Positions 34,000-43,317 of a stretch of DNA of 64,000 bases are shown one piece after another. This DNA comes from Cyanobacteria bacterium P01_A01_bin.123. Its GTDB lineage: Bacteria; Cyanobacteriota; Cyanobacteriia; Phormidesmidales; Phormidesmidaceae. The notes below the pieces were generated by a model. It made no database searches, had not been told where the DNA came from, and worked only from the letters and a program-made list of their open reading frames with translations. The position numbers and the translations under genes were made by a program. The stretch spans positions 66,994-130,993 of the forward strand of contig JBCBZT010000018.1 in assembly GCA_039815185.1 (NCBI GenBank), written 5' to 3'. Position 1 is the first letter of the stretch, and each line of letters opens with the position of its first letter.

Positions 34000-35256
34000 A
34001 TGTCAACGGTTTATTCTGAGAATCTTAATCAAGCCTTCCAGCAAGTTCGTCAGGCAGCGGGACAATTGGCCCTAGTAAGTGCTGGTCAGAAGCGGGAGGC
34101 TTTGACCGCAATGGCAGCAGCGCTAATGGCCCAAAAAGATGACATCTTAGAGGCCAATACCCTTGATTTGGAAGCCAGTCGGGAAATGGCAGTTTCCGAT
34201 TTAATTTTAGATTGGCTTAAGCTGACGCCGGAGCGATTACAAGGGGCAGTGGATATCTTGTCAAGGCTAGCGGCTTTGGGCTATCTCACCACCCCTTTAC
34301 AAGCTGCAAGTGTAGCCCAGTCTGGGATAATTGCAGCCCATCGGACGGTTCCGTTGGGAGTTGTGGCGCTGATTTATGAAGCGTTTCCTGAAATCGGTGC
34401 GATCGCGGCGGCATTAAATCTCTACACCGGCAACGGATTAATTCTGCGGGGGGGAAATGAGGCTAGCCAAACGAACCAAATGATCGTTCAAGCCTTACGC
34501 ACTGCATTAGCTAAGACTGGATTGCCTGAATCAAGTTTGGTGCTGTTGTCCCCAGGATTGGGGGAGACGCTGCAAGAAGTGGTGTCTGCCTCCCACGCAG
34601 TCGATCTAGTGATTCCCTACGGCAGACCTAGCTTAATTCAGCAAGTGATGCGCCAGGCGACGGTACCCGTGCTCAAAACTGTGATGGGCAATTGCTACCT
34701 CTACTGGGGCGGTTCAGGCAGCTTAGAGACCACACTTTGGATGATTTCCGAGAGTCATCGAGGCGAGCCGGATCCGATTAACAGCATTGAAAAAGTGTTA
34801 ATCCCTGAAGAACATAGCACCAGCACCCTAACTCGATTATGGAACCGCCTTTGGGAGCGGGGCTATGAGCTCCGGGGCGATCCCAGCTTAGTGCAAGATT
34901 TTCCTGATTTACTGGCTGCTGAACCCGAAGATTGGAGTCAGCCCTATCTGACGAAAACGATCGCGTTTCAACGCGTGGCAGATCTCAAAACAGCGATCGC
35001 GATCATGAATCGTTATAGCAGCGGTCATGCCGACTGCCTAGTGACCAATACTTATCAAGAGAGCCAACAGTTTGCCTCCGGCATCAGAAGCCAAACTGTT
35101 TATATCAACCAATCTCCGCGCTTTTCGCGCAATCCCGATCAAGCTTCAGAGATTGCCTTGGGAGTCGCTGTGCCTGGGATGCAACCAGGCGGGCTGATTG
35201 GCCTGGAGACGCTGACTCAGCCTCAAAGATTGATGCAAGGAAATCTCAAGCGTTAG
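34000..35256 (+). CDS. Gamma-glutamyl phosphate reductase-like protein (ProA2 type)
   Basis: VPLGVVALIYE, LRGG.EA, DLVIPYG, YSSGH; catalytic Cys motif replaced by DPINSIE. Confidence 0.8.
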   Translation: MSTVYSENLNQAFQQVRQAAGQLALVSAGQKREALTAMAAALMAQKDDILEANTLDLEASREMAVSDLILDWLKLTPERLQGAVDILSRLAALGYLTTPLQAASVAQSGIIAAHRTVPLGVVALIYEAFPEIGAIAAALNLYTGNGLILRGGNEASQTNQMIVQALRTALAKTGLPESSLVLLSPGLGETLQEVVSASHAVDLVIPYGRPSLIQQVMRQATVPVLKTVMGNCYLYWGGSGSLETTLWMISESHRGEPDPINSIEKVLIPEEHSTSTLTRLWNRLWERGYELRGDPSLVQDFPDLLAAEPEDWSQPYLTKTIAFQRVADLKTAIAIMNRYSSGHADCLVTNTYQESQQFASGIRSQTVYINQSPRFSRNPDQASEIALGVAVPGMQPGGLIGLETLTQPQRLMQGNLKR

Positions 35257-35293
35257 GTATCTAATCAACATCTGCCAACTCAAGCTAGGCCCG

Positions 35294-36112
35294 TTATGGC
35301 AGCTTAACTTTAGTCGCAAGGCCAAGGGTCTGTAGCAGTCGAATTGTCATCCAGGTCGTGTCAATTTCCCACCACTCCAGGCCATGACGGGCAGAATATT
35401 GATAGGCATGGTGATTGTTATGCCAACCTTCGCCATAGGTTAAAATAGCGACCCACCAGCAGTTAGTGGACGCATCGTCAGTTTCATGACTGCGATAGCC
35501 AAAGGCATGGGTGGCGCTGTTTACGAACCAGGTGCAGTGGTAAACCGCTACCAAGCGTACAAAGATGCCCCAAACAACAAAAGACCAGCCGCCAACCAGA
35601 TAAAGCGCGATCGCTAGCAGTACTTGCAACCCCAGAAAATAATTTTCGAAAAAGCGATAGACCGGATCGGCCTGCAGGTCGCGAGTAAACCGAGGAATCT
35701 CCTGCTCTGCGGGGACTTCCCGCAAAATCCAACCCATGTGACTCCACCAAAATCCTTGGCGTGAGTTGTGATGATCGCTCTCTTGATCAGAATAAGCATG
35801 GTGGTGGCGGTGTAACCCCACCCACTCGATTGGCCCGTGCTGGCACGCTAAACTGCCGCAAAACACGAGGAAATATTCCAACCACTTGGGCGTTTGAAAA
35901 CTGCGGTGGGCAATCATCCGGTGCCAGCCCAGCGTGATCCCGAGACAGCCTGTGACCCAGTGCAGCAGTAGAGCAACGCCGATGGCAGCCCAACTAAAGT
36001 TGCTGGGTAACAAAGCAAATAGGGCGCCAATGTGAACCGCCGCCATAAAGATAATGGTGGGCCAGTTAAAGGCGAGTTGAGCAGGTTTAGTAAGCGGTTT
36101 AGTCAGCGTCAT
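35294..36112 (-). CDS. desC: Delta-9 acyl-lipid desaturase
   Basis: His boxes HRMIAH, HRHHH, HNNHH. Confidence 0.9.
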   Translation of the reverse strand: MTLTKPLTKPAQLAFNWPTIIFMAAVHIGALFALLPSNFSWAAIGVALLLHWVTGCLGITLGWHRMIAHRSFQTPKWLEYFLVFCGSLACQHGPIEWVGLHRHHHAYSDQESDHHNSRQGFWWSHMGWILREVPAEQEIPRFTRDLQADPVYRFFENYFLGLQVLLAIALYLVGGWSFVVWGIFVRLVAVYHCTWFVNSATHAFGYRSHETDDASTNCWWVAILTYGEGWHNNHHAYQYSARHGLEWWEIDTTWMTIRLLQTLGLATKVKLP

Positions 36113-36243
36113 GTAAAAATCTCAGTTTAAGATCGGTCTTGGGATATGTCAGGGACGGCACCGATTTAGGTCACAATAGAACCCCCTGCTGCAAATGCAG
36201 GGGGTAATGGTGTTCCCAGTGTCAAAATGTGCCGACGAAGTCC

Positions 36244-37470
36244 ATGCAATGTTTGAAAGCGCTCCAACCATCTGATGAAGTATTATTTCAAATTCTTTAC
36301 GGAATTGACACTCAGGTCAAGGAGAACCTAAATCGAGTCTTAGCCGCGTTTCGCCGCCATCGGGTGGGGAGCCACCACTTTAGAGGGGTTTCTGGCTATG
36401 GCCATGATGATTTGGGACGCCAAATCCTGGACCGGGTGTTTGCGGATGTCATGGGGGCTGAGGCCGCAGCCGTGCGGGTGCAGTTTGTTTCAGGAACCCA
36501 TGCGATCGCCTGTGCCCTGTTTGGGGTGTTACGCCCGGGAGATGAACTATTGGCCGTTGCGGGCAGTCCCTATGACACGCTAGAAGAGGTGATTGGGTTA
36601 AGACAGCAGGGCCAGGGGTCGCTCCAAGACTTTGGCATCTCCTATAGAGAGTTATCCCTAACTGAGCAGGGCACTATCAATTGGGCTGGATTATCGACGG
36701 CCATCCGAAACGACACTCACATGGTGTTGATCCAACGGTCTTGTGGCTACAGCTGGCGACCCAGCTTAACCATTGAGGATATTGAAAGAATTGTCCGCCT
36801 CGTCAAGCAGCAAAACTCCAACACAGTCTGTTTTGTTGATAATTGCTATGGTGAATTTGTTGAAACCCAAGAGCCAACAGCCGTCGGGGCAGATTTGATT
36901 GCGGGTTCTCTGATCAAAAACCCTGGGGGAACGATCGTCGCTGCGGGGGGATATGTCGCGGGCCGAGCTGATCTGGTAGAAGCGGCTGCTTGCCGATTGA
37001 CCGCTCCAGGGATCGGCAGCAGCGGCGGTGCCACCTTCGACCAAAATCGCTTCTTGTTTCAGGGCTTGTTTCTTGCGCCGCAAATGGTCGGGGAAGCCCT
37101 CAAGGGTAATTACTTGCTAGCTTCCGTGTTTGACCAACTGGGCTACGCAGTCAATCCAGGGCCATCGGCGCCACGGGAGGTGATCCAAGCGATTCGGCTG
37201 GGTTCAGCGGAAAAACTGGTGGCGTTTTGTCGAGCTATCCAGCAGCATTCGCCTGTGGAATCCTATGTTGATCCGGTGCCTGCCGCGATGCCGGGATATG
37301 AGAGTCAGTTGGTAATGGCTGGCGGTACGTTTATCGATGGCAGCACTGCGGAACTTTCGGCAGATGGGCCGCTGCGATCGCCCTATATCGTTTACTGCCA
37401 AGGCGGGACGCACTGGAGCCATGTCGCGATCGCGTTAGAAGCTGCTGTAGAAGCGGTTGGGCCAGCATGA
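36244..37470 (+). CDS. Methionine gamma-lyase/aluminium-resistance family PLP enzyme
   Basis: GYGHDDLGR, VSGTHAI, FVDNCYGEF, GSLIKNPGG. Confidence 0.88.
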   Translation: MQCLKALQPSDEVLFQILYGIDTQVKENLNRVLAAFRRHRVGSHHFRGVSGYGHDDLGRQILDRVFADVMGAEAAAVRVQFVSGTHAIACALFGVLRPGDELLAVAGSPYDTLEEVIGLRQQGQGSLQDFGISYRELSLTEQGTINWAGLSTAIRNDTHMVLIQRSCGYSWRPSLTIEDIERIVRLVKQQNSNTVCFVDNCYGEFVETQEPTAVGADLIAGSLIKNPGGTIVAAGGYVAGRADLVEAAACRLTAPGIGSSGGATFDQNRFLFQGLFLAPQMVGEALKGNYLLASVFDQLGYAVNPGPSAPREVIQAIRLGSAEKLVAFCRAIQQHSPVESYVDPVPAAMPGYESQLVMAGGTFIDGSTAELSADGPLRSPYIVYCQGGTHWSHVAIALEAAVEAVGPA

Positions 37471-37669
37471 AAGAAAAATACAGGATTTGCAAGGTTGTTG
37501 TCCAAACCTGAATTTTTAGGGAAGATGAGGGACAAAGCCACAGAGCAACCTCAGAAAATCACGCCCCCTTCTAAATATTCTCCGGTGAGTGGCTAAATAA
37601 TTGCGACACTCACTGAATTCAACCTATTCGCCATTTTCAAGAGGTCTCTTAAGGCACGAAAACGTATCG

Positions 37670-40465
37670 ATGACTGTCTCGGCGAGACCGATTACTTCAG
37701 AACTTCCTCTCCTGGAGACCAAGCTCTACCTCCCCAAATGGTCTGCTGACCGGGTCTCGCGCTCGCGACTGATCGATCGCATCCACCCGCAGCGCAAATT
37801 AACCCTGGTCTCAGCCCCCGCCGGGTTTGGCAAAACAACGCTGCTAGCAGAATGGGTGGCCGCCGTACCCACGAGGCCCGTTGCCTGGGTGTCCTTAGAC
37901 CAGAGTGACAATGATCCAGCTTCTTTCTGGACCTACTTGATCACCGCGCTGCAAAACATTCAACCCAGCTTGGGTGAGCGATCGCTCGCGTTACTGCAAT
38001 CACCCCAACCACCCTCCATTGAGTCGGTCTTGATGACGTTGCTCAATGAACTGACTGCCATTGAAGCGGATATTGCCTTGGTTCTTGACGACTATCATGC
38101 GATCGCAACCCAGGCCATTCATGAAGGGATTGGCTTTTTGCTCAGCCATCTGCCGCCCCACATGCATTTGATTATTGCCAGCCGGGCCGACCCGCCCTTA
38201 TCGCTGGCGCGTTTAAGGTCTCATGGCGAATTGACCGAGCTTAGGGTGAGCGACCTGCGGTTCACACCGGACGAAGCGGCGGCTTTTTTGAACCAGGGGA
38301 TGGGGTTAGAGATTTCAGCTGTGGAGGTGTCCGCCTTGGAGCAGCGGACCGAAGGCTGGATCGCCGGACTGCAACTCGCGGCGCTATCCCTACAGGGGCG
38401 CAAGGACATTGCTGATTTTGTGGCGGCTTTTTCGGGAGACGATCGCTACATTGTGGATTATCTGCTGGAAGAAGTCTTACAGCGGCAACCCGATCACGTC
38501 CGTCGCTTTTTGCTGCAAACCGCCATTTTGGAACGCTTAAGCGGTTCGCTCTGTGATGCTGTTACCGATCAAAACGGTGGCCAGGGAATGCTGGAAACGC
38601 TGGAGCGGGGCAACCTGTTTATCATTCCATTGGATAACAAGCGCCAATGGTACCGTTACCATCACCTATTTGCCGATGTGCTTCAGGCCCATGCCCTGAT
38701 GGAATGGCCAGAACGCCTTCCTAGGCTACACGGGCGAGCCAGTGAATGGTATGAGCAGCATGATTTGTTCTCTGATGCGATTCGTCATGCCCTGGCTGCC
38801 CAGGATTTTGAGCGCGCCGCGGGGCTCATCGAACGGATGTGGCCCACCATGCGTCGGCGTCAGCGAGAAACCACGGTATTGGGCTGGATCACGTCATTGC
38901 CTGACTCCCTGATTCGTAACCGGCCCGTCCTCAGCGTTGCCTACGCCCTAGTGTTGTTGAATGATGGCCAGTTAGACGCGGTTGAATCCCGCCTGCAAGA
39001 CGCAGAACGATGCCTGGCCGCAGATTCACAGGAGCCGCTGACGGTAGTTACGGACGACGCACAGCTGCGGTCTTTACCCGCCTCTATCGCCAATGCCCGC
39101 GCCTATCGGGCGGTAGCGCTGAGGGATGTGTCTAGCACTGTGAACTACGCTCAGCAGGCCCTCGAACTGTTGCCAGAAGATGAGGAGTACGAGCGCGGCA
39201 CCACAGCCGCCCTGCTGGGGCTCGCCTACTGGACCAACGGCAGGCCAGAAGCCGGCTACCGTTCCTTTGCTGAGGGATTGGCAATTTTTAAGCAGATGGG
39301 TCTCACTCAGATTGCCATTGGTGGTACCTTGCTCCTAGCACAGATGAGCATAGCCCAGGGGCGGCTCCACCGAGCAACTAATATTTGTGAGCAGTCTTTA
39401 CAGCTGGCCAAAGAGCAGGGCGACCCGGTGCGGGCCGGCACGCCAGAACTGTATTTGGCCTTGAGCGAAGTGCGCTACGAACAAGGTAATCTGGCGGCGG
39501 CCAGCCAGCTGTTACTGAAGGGTGAAACGCTACGGCAGCAGGCTTCGCTATCGGGGGCTAAATTTATTTGGTGGGTAATGCAGGCCCGCTTAACAGCCGC
39601 CGAGGGCGATCTGGAAACCGCATTCGACCAGCTTCACGAGGCGGAGCGGCTCCACTCCCGGACGTCTATGCCAGTGCCAGATGTGCGCCCGATCGCAGCG
39701 TTGAGGGTGCGGTGGTGGTTGTGGCAAGGGAGGCTAGCTGAAGCGCTGGGCTGGGTGCGCGATGGCCCTTTCGGGCCGGTCTTTGACCATCGCGGTCTGT
39801 CGGTAGACGATGAGCTGAGCTATCTACATGAGTACGAACATCTCACCCTGGTGAGAGTCCTGGTTGCCCAGTACAGACGTGATTGCATAGACAACGCTCT
39901 TGATCAGGCTATCGGACTCCTTGCCCGACTTCTGGAAACCGCAGAAGCTGAGGAGAGAACCGGCAGCATCATCGAAATTCTGGTGGTTCAGGCATTGGCG
40001 TATGAGGCGAAAGGGGATTTGGCGGGTGCGATTGAATCGCTAGAACGGGCCTTAATCCTGGCCGAACCGGAGGGCTATGTTCGGATATTTGCAGAATGTG
40101 GAACCCCGATGGCGCGACTGCTGCAAGATGCCATGACTCGCGGTATCACCCCCACCTACACCCAGCAGTTATTGACCGCGTTAGAAACCTGGGGACAAAA
40201 GCCCCAAGAGCCATCTCCACTCCCCGTGTCCCTGAGCTTGTCGAAGGGCTCCCCCTCTCCCCCACCCCTAATTGAACCTCTCAGCCAACGGGAACTGGAG
40301 GTGCTCCGATTACTCAACACCGAACTCTCTGGCCCCGAAATCGCCCGTGAACTGGTGGTGGCCTTGAGTACCGTGCGTACCCATACCAAGCGGATTTACA
40401 GCAAACTCAATGTCACCAATCGTCGCGCCGCTGTAAAACGAGCCGCAGAGCTGGGGTTGATTTAA
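37670..40465 (+). CDS. MalT-type (STAND ATPase-TPR-LuxR HTH) transcriptional regulator
   Basis: LLETKLYLP, APAGFGKTTLL, LDDYH, TEGWIAGLQL, YRYHHLF, C-terminal EPLSQRELEVL LuxR HTH. Confidence 0.92.
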   Translation: MTVSARPITSELPLLETKLYLPKWSADRVSRSRLIDRIHPQRKLTLVSAPAGFGKTTLLAEWVAAVPTRPVAWVSLDQSDNDPASFWTYLITALQNIQPSLGERSLALLQSPQPPSIESVLMTLLNELTAIEADIALVLDDYHAIATQAIHEGIGFLLSHLPPHMHLIIASRADPPLSLARLRSHGELTELRVSDLRFTPDEAAAFLNQGMGLEISAVEVSALEQRTEGWIAGLQLAALSLQGRKDIADFVAAFSGDDRYIVDYLLEEVLQRQPDHVRRFLLQTAILERLSGSLCDAVTDQNGGQGMLETLERGNLFIIPLDNKRQWYRYHHLFADVLQAHALMEWPERLPRLHGRASEWYEQHDLFSDAIRHALAAQDFERAAGLIERMWPTMRRRQRETTVLGWITSLPDSLIRNRPVLSVAYALVLLNDGQLDAVESRLQDAERCLAADSQEPLTVVTDDAQLRSLPASIANARAYRAVALRDVSSTVNYAQQALELLPEDEEYERGTTAALLGLAYWTNGRPEAGYRSFAEGLAIFKQMGLTQIAIGGTLLLAQMSIAQGRLHRATNICEQSLQLAKEQGDPVRAGTPELYLALSEVRYEQGNLAAASQLLLKGETLRQQASLSGAKFIWWVMQARLTAAEGDLETAFDQLHEAERLHSRTSMPVPDVRPIAALRVRWWLWQGRLAEALGWVRDGPFGPVFDHRGLSVDDELSYLHEYEHLTLVRVLVAQYRRDCIDNALDQAIGLLARLLETAEAEERTGSIIEILVVQALAYEAKGDLAGAIESLERALILAEPEGYVRIFAECGTPMARLLQDAMTRGITPTYTQQLLTALETWGQKPQEPSPLPVSLSLSKGSPSPPPLIEPLSQRELEVLRLLNTELSGPEIARELVVALSTVRTHTKRIYSKLNVTNRRAAVKRAAELGLI
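39759..39793. repeat. 27-nt double-hairpin element inserted in a HIP1 site
   Basis: GCGAT-GGCCCTTTCGGGCC-GGTCTTTGACC-ATCGC; removing 27 nt restores GCGATCGC and the frame. Confidence 0.75.
40230..40248. repeat. Small dispersed REP-like repeat CCCTGAGCTTGTCGAAGGG inside coding sequence
   Basis: Recognisable widespread short repeat, translated here as SLSLSKG in the pre-HTH linker. Confidence 0.65.
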
Positions 40466-40572
40466 CTTAACTTCGGGATATGGAGTGATGCATGTTGCCT
40501 ATCAAATTCTTGCCATCTACATCAAGACAGGTGAGGCCATAGAGTCAGGAAACAACAACCCCTGCCAACCCC

Positions 40573-40603
40573 TTGAGTCTCACATTACGTCACCCCTTAG
40601 CAT
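40573..40603 (+). promoter_or_regulatory. MerR-type promoter/operator with 19-bp spacer
   Basis: TTGAGT-N19(ctcacattacgtcacccct)-TAGCAT upstream of the merR-family gene; spacer resembles the tipA operator. Confidence 0.6.
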
Positions 40604-40646
40604 CTAATCATCAACCGCACTCTTCTGAATAGAAGCTGAAGTGTAT

Positions 40647-41852
40647 ATGTCTAACCTGCTGCAAATTGGTGAATTGGCCAAACAGACTGGACTGTCAATC
40701 CGCACCTTACGGTACTACGACGAGATTGGTCTGTTGGTACCCTCACACCGCACCGAGGCAGAGTATCGACTCTACAGCGAAGCGGATATTGCCCGACTCC
40801 AGCGAATCCTATCGCTGCGGCAGTTGGGGTTTGCGCTTAAGGAAATCCGCGAGTGTCTGGAGAATCCCGAATTTTCCTTGCCTCAAGTGATTGACTTGCA
40901 TCTAGCGCGCCTGCAAGAGCAGATGGCGGTATCGCGATCGCTCTTTACCAAGCTCAGCAAGATGGCCCAGCAGCTACAAATCTCTCAGTCCGTTGCGGTT
41001 GAAGACCTGATTACCACAATGGAGACGATTACCATGACCCAGCAATATTTGACCCAAGAACAGCACGATTTACTAGAAGGTCGACTCAATCAAGACCAGC
41101 AGGCCGCATTGCAGCAGTTCCTGACCCAAGTGCGATCGTATCTAGCCGAGGGGCGTGACCTCAACGATCCAGAGGTACAGCAAATGGCGTGGCAGTGGCG
41201 GGAGGGGCTTCTCTCCCTCGTCGGTGGCGACCTACAGTTCTACGAAGCGCTGATGCGGCTTTACCAACAAGAAGGAGCCGAAGCGGCTAGCTGGGGCAGG
41301 CTAGATGGGCCAACGATGGAATACATTCTCAAAGCGGTGGCGATGCTGTCGGTGCGGGAAGAGTTGTCGGTGCGGGAAGAGTTGGTGGGTTTTGCGCTGG
41401 GTCGCTTAGCGCCAGAAACTTATGCGGTGCTTAGCCAAGGGCAGGCAGCCATGCGCAAGTTGCAGCTCAACTTTTTGGGGACTGAGGGATTGCTGCTAGG
41501 ACTGCTCGCAGTTGAAACGAGTGTGGCATCCCAAGCTCTGGGAGAACAAGGCGTGGACTTTGCCACAGCAGAAACCCTGCTTCGCGACTGGTTAGCCAAC
41601 CACACCGTGCCACCTACCGACATTCCCACCGAAATTCCGTTTACCCCCCGCACCTGCCGCATATTGGAACTAGCTGCTAAGCAAGTGCAACGGCAGGGAG
41701 AAGGTCAGATTACCCCGCAGCATCTGCTGCTCGGCATTTTGCAAGAAGGCGAAAAGGGGGGTGGCCTAGCGATGCACGTCTTGCAAACATGCGGTGTGGA
41801 CTGCGATCGCCTGAAGCAACAACTCAGTAATCCTTATAAACCCTATCCCTAA
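40647..41852 (+). CDS. MerR-family regulator fused to a Clp N-terminal repeat domain
   Basis: IGELAKQTGLSIRTLRYYDEIGLL HTH; FLGTEGLLLGLL, IPFTPR, ITPQHLLLGIL Clp_N repeats. Confidence 0.85.
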   Translation: MSNLLQIGELAKQTGLSIRTLRYYDEIGLLVPSHRTEAEYRLYSEADIARLQRILSLRQLGFALKEIRECLENPEFSLPQVIDLHLARLQEQMAVSRSLFTKLSKMAQQLQISQSVAVEDLITTMETITMTQQYLTQEQHDLLEGRLNQDQQAALQQFLTQVRSYLAEGRDLNDPEVQQMAWQWREGLLSLVGGDLQFYEALMRLYQQEGAEAASWGRLDGPTMEYILKAVAMLSVREELSVREELVGFALGRLAPETYAVLSQGQAAMRKLQLNFLGTEGLLLGLLAVETSVASQALGEQGVDFATAETLLRDWLANHTVPPTDIPTEIPFTPRTCRILELAAKQVQRQGEGQITPQHLLLGILQEGEKGGGLAMHVLQTCGVDCDRLKQQLSNPYKPYP

Positions 41853-41938
41853 ATCCCCACATCTGGAGATAACGGCTGCCCACATCCGTTTATATTTTTG
41901 AGTTGTTCACGCCAGTTGTGATTAGAGCAGGCGATCGC
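41851..41938 (+). repeat. Direct repeat copy A (about 88 bp; copy B at 44999-45086)
   Basis: AATCCCCACAT..GG.GA.AACGGCT...TATTTTTGAGTTGTT.ACGCCAGT.GTGATTAGAG.AGGCG shared by both copies. Confidence 0.85.
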
Positions 41939-42259
41939 CCTAACGCTATCCCGATAATTCTCAGCATTTGGGAGGGCGATTATACTGGATACGTCTACCT
42001 AATCACCCATATTGGGGTATCAGGCTGACGAATTTCCACCTAGTCAACTGTATAAGGGGATTAGACTGAAATTTTTCTACCTAAACGCACATATTAGGAG
42101 AGTTATGTGGAATGTTCCTCTCCAGTGAATTGTTAGGTATTACAGCAGTCGTCACATGGATTAGAGTGCGACTGCGAACCAAATTGCTTATGCTTTAAGG
42201 ATTGCCATTCATTTGTTTTAACGAGCAGATTGGCCAAAGCTATACATATAAGATTTCTT

Positions 42260-43054
42260 ATGAATACAATCACCAGCAAAATTCATCTTTACCATGCAAC
42301 TCAGCTAGATGACTTTGAAACTTATCTCAAATGTGGTGGTGTTTTGTGCAGGGAAGAACTTGAGGCAGCTAACCCCGAATTCACGAAATTCTTTTCGGAT
42401 GAGAAAGACAAAGCCGACAATAATTGGAATAGAACATTCGGAAACTTCGCCGATTTTGGTGCTAGATTTGCAAACTTTAAAGGTAGCGTAATTCCTAATG
42501 CTTATGGTCCCATTTGTATAGTTTTCAAGCCAGGGCTTGTGGAAAAACTTAGTGACTTTAAAGCTACTAAAATCAGTGTAGCTACTGATGGGTATAAGCC
42601 AGAGTCACACTTCATTCCATTAAGTGAACTTCCAAGCCATTTTGAAGAAACACAATCTGGCGTATTTCCCATAAAGACGAGTTCAGCTATGGAGTTTTCG
42701 TGCGCCAACCGGATAGTTGAATTTGAGCATGTCGCATACATCATTGTTGACGCGATACATTACAATGGCAGGTTTTTGCCAGACATCATTACGGAAAAAG
42801 TCAATAGCATGGGGCTGTCTATCAAGGTTCTACCTCGTAAGATGAAAAATACAGAAGAGAAACAAGCTATACTCTCCGAACTTTTATTATGGGCGGCGGC
42901 TCTGGGCGGGAAATTGCTTGATGACAATGAAGAACTTGAAAACAGCGTTCCAGATAGCCTGAAAGAATGGTTGCAGGGCTTAAAACCAAAAGGGCGTGGC
43001 ATACTTGCATCATGGCTCACATATATCTATTCAGGCACTTTGCGTTATTTATAA
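42260..43054 (+). CDS. Putative DarT/DUF4433-like ADP-ribosyltransferase-fold protein
   Basis: LYHAT.......LKCGGVL N-terminal strand, YGP, and SAMEF...VEFEHVAYIIV resembling DarT QAEFLV; AT-rich, no HIP1. Confidence 0.5.
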   Translation: MNTITSKIHLYHATQLDDFETYLKCGGVLCREELEAANPEFTKFFSDEKDKADNNWNRTFGNFADFGARFANFKGSVIPNAYGPICIVFKPGLVEKLSDFKATKISVATDGYKPESHFIPLSELPSHFEETQSGVFPIKTSSAMEFSCANRIVEFEHVAYIIVDAIHYNGRFLPDIITEKVNSMGLSIKVLPRKMKNTEEKQAILSELLLWAAALGGKLLDDNEELENSVPDSLKEWLQGLKPKGRGILASWLTYIYSGTLRYL

Positions 43055-43317
43055 GGAGATGTGTCCTAGCATCTTGCATAGAAAACACGGAATCATTTAT
43101 GGACAAAATAATTATCAAATTTTGCTATGCTTTATTCAAGAAGAATTGACAAGGAAACCCAAAAAGTTGAGGTTTGGGAATGCGAAAGGAGATGTGTCCT
43201 AGCATCTTGCATAGAAAACACGGAATCATTTATGGACAAATAATTATCAAAGTTTGCTATGTTTTATTCAAGAAGAATTAACAAGGAAACCCAAAAAGTT
43301 GAGGTTTGGGAATGCGA
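43053..43317 (+). repeat. Tandem duplication, 133 + 132 bp
   Basis: 43053-43185 and 43186-43317 differ by 3 substitutions and a 1-bp indel. Confidence 0.9.
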
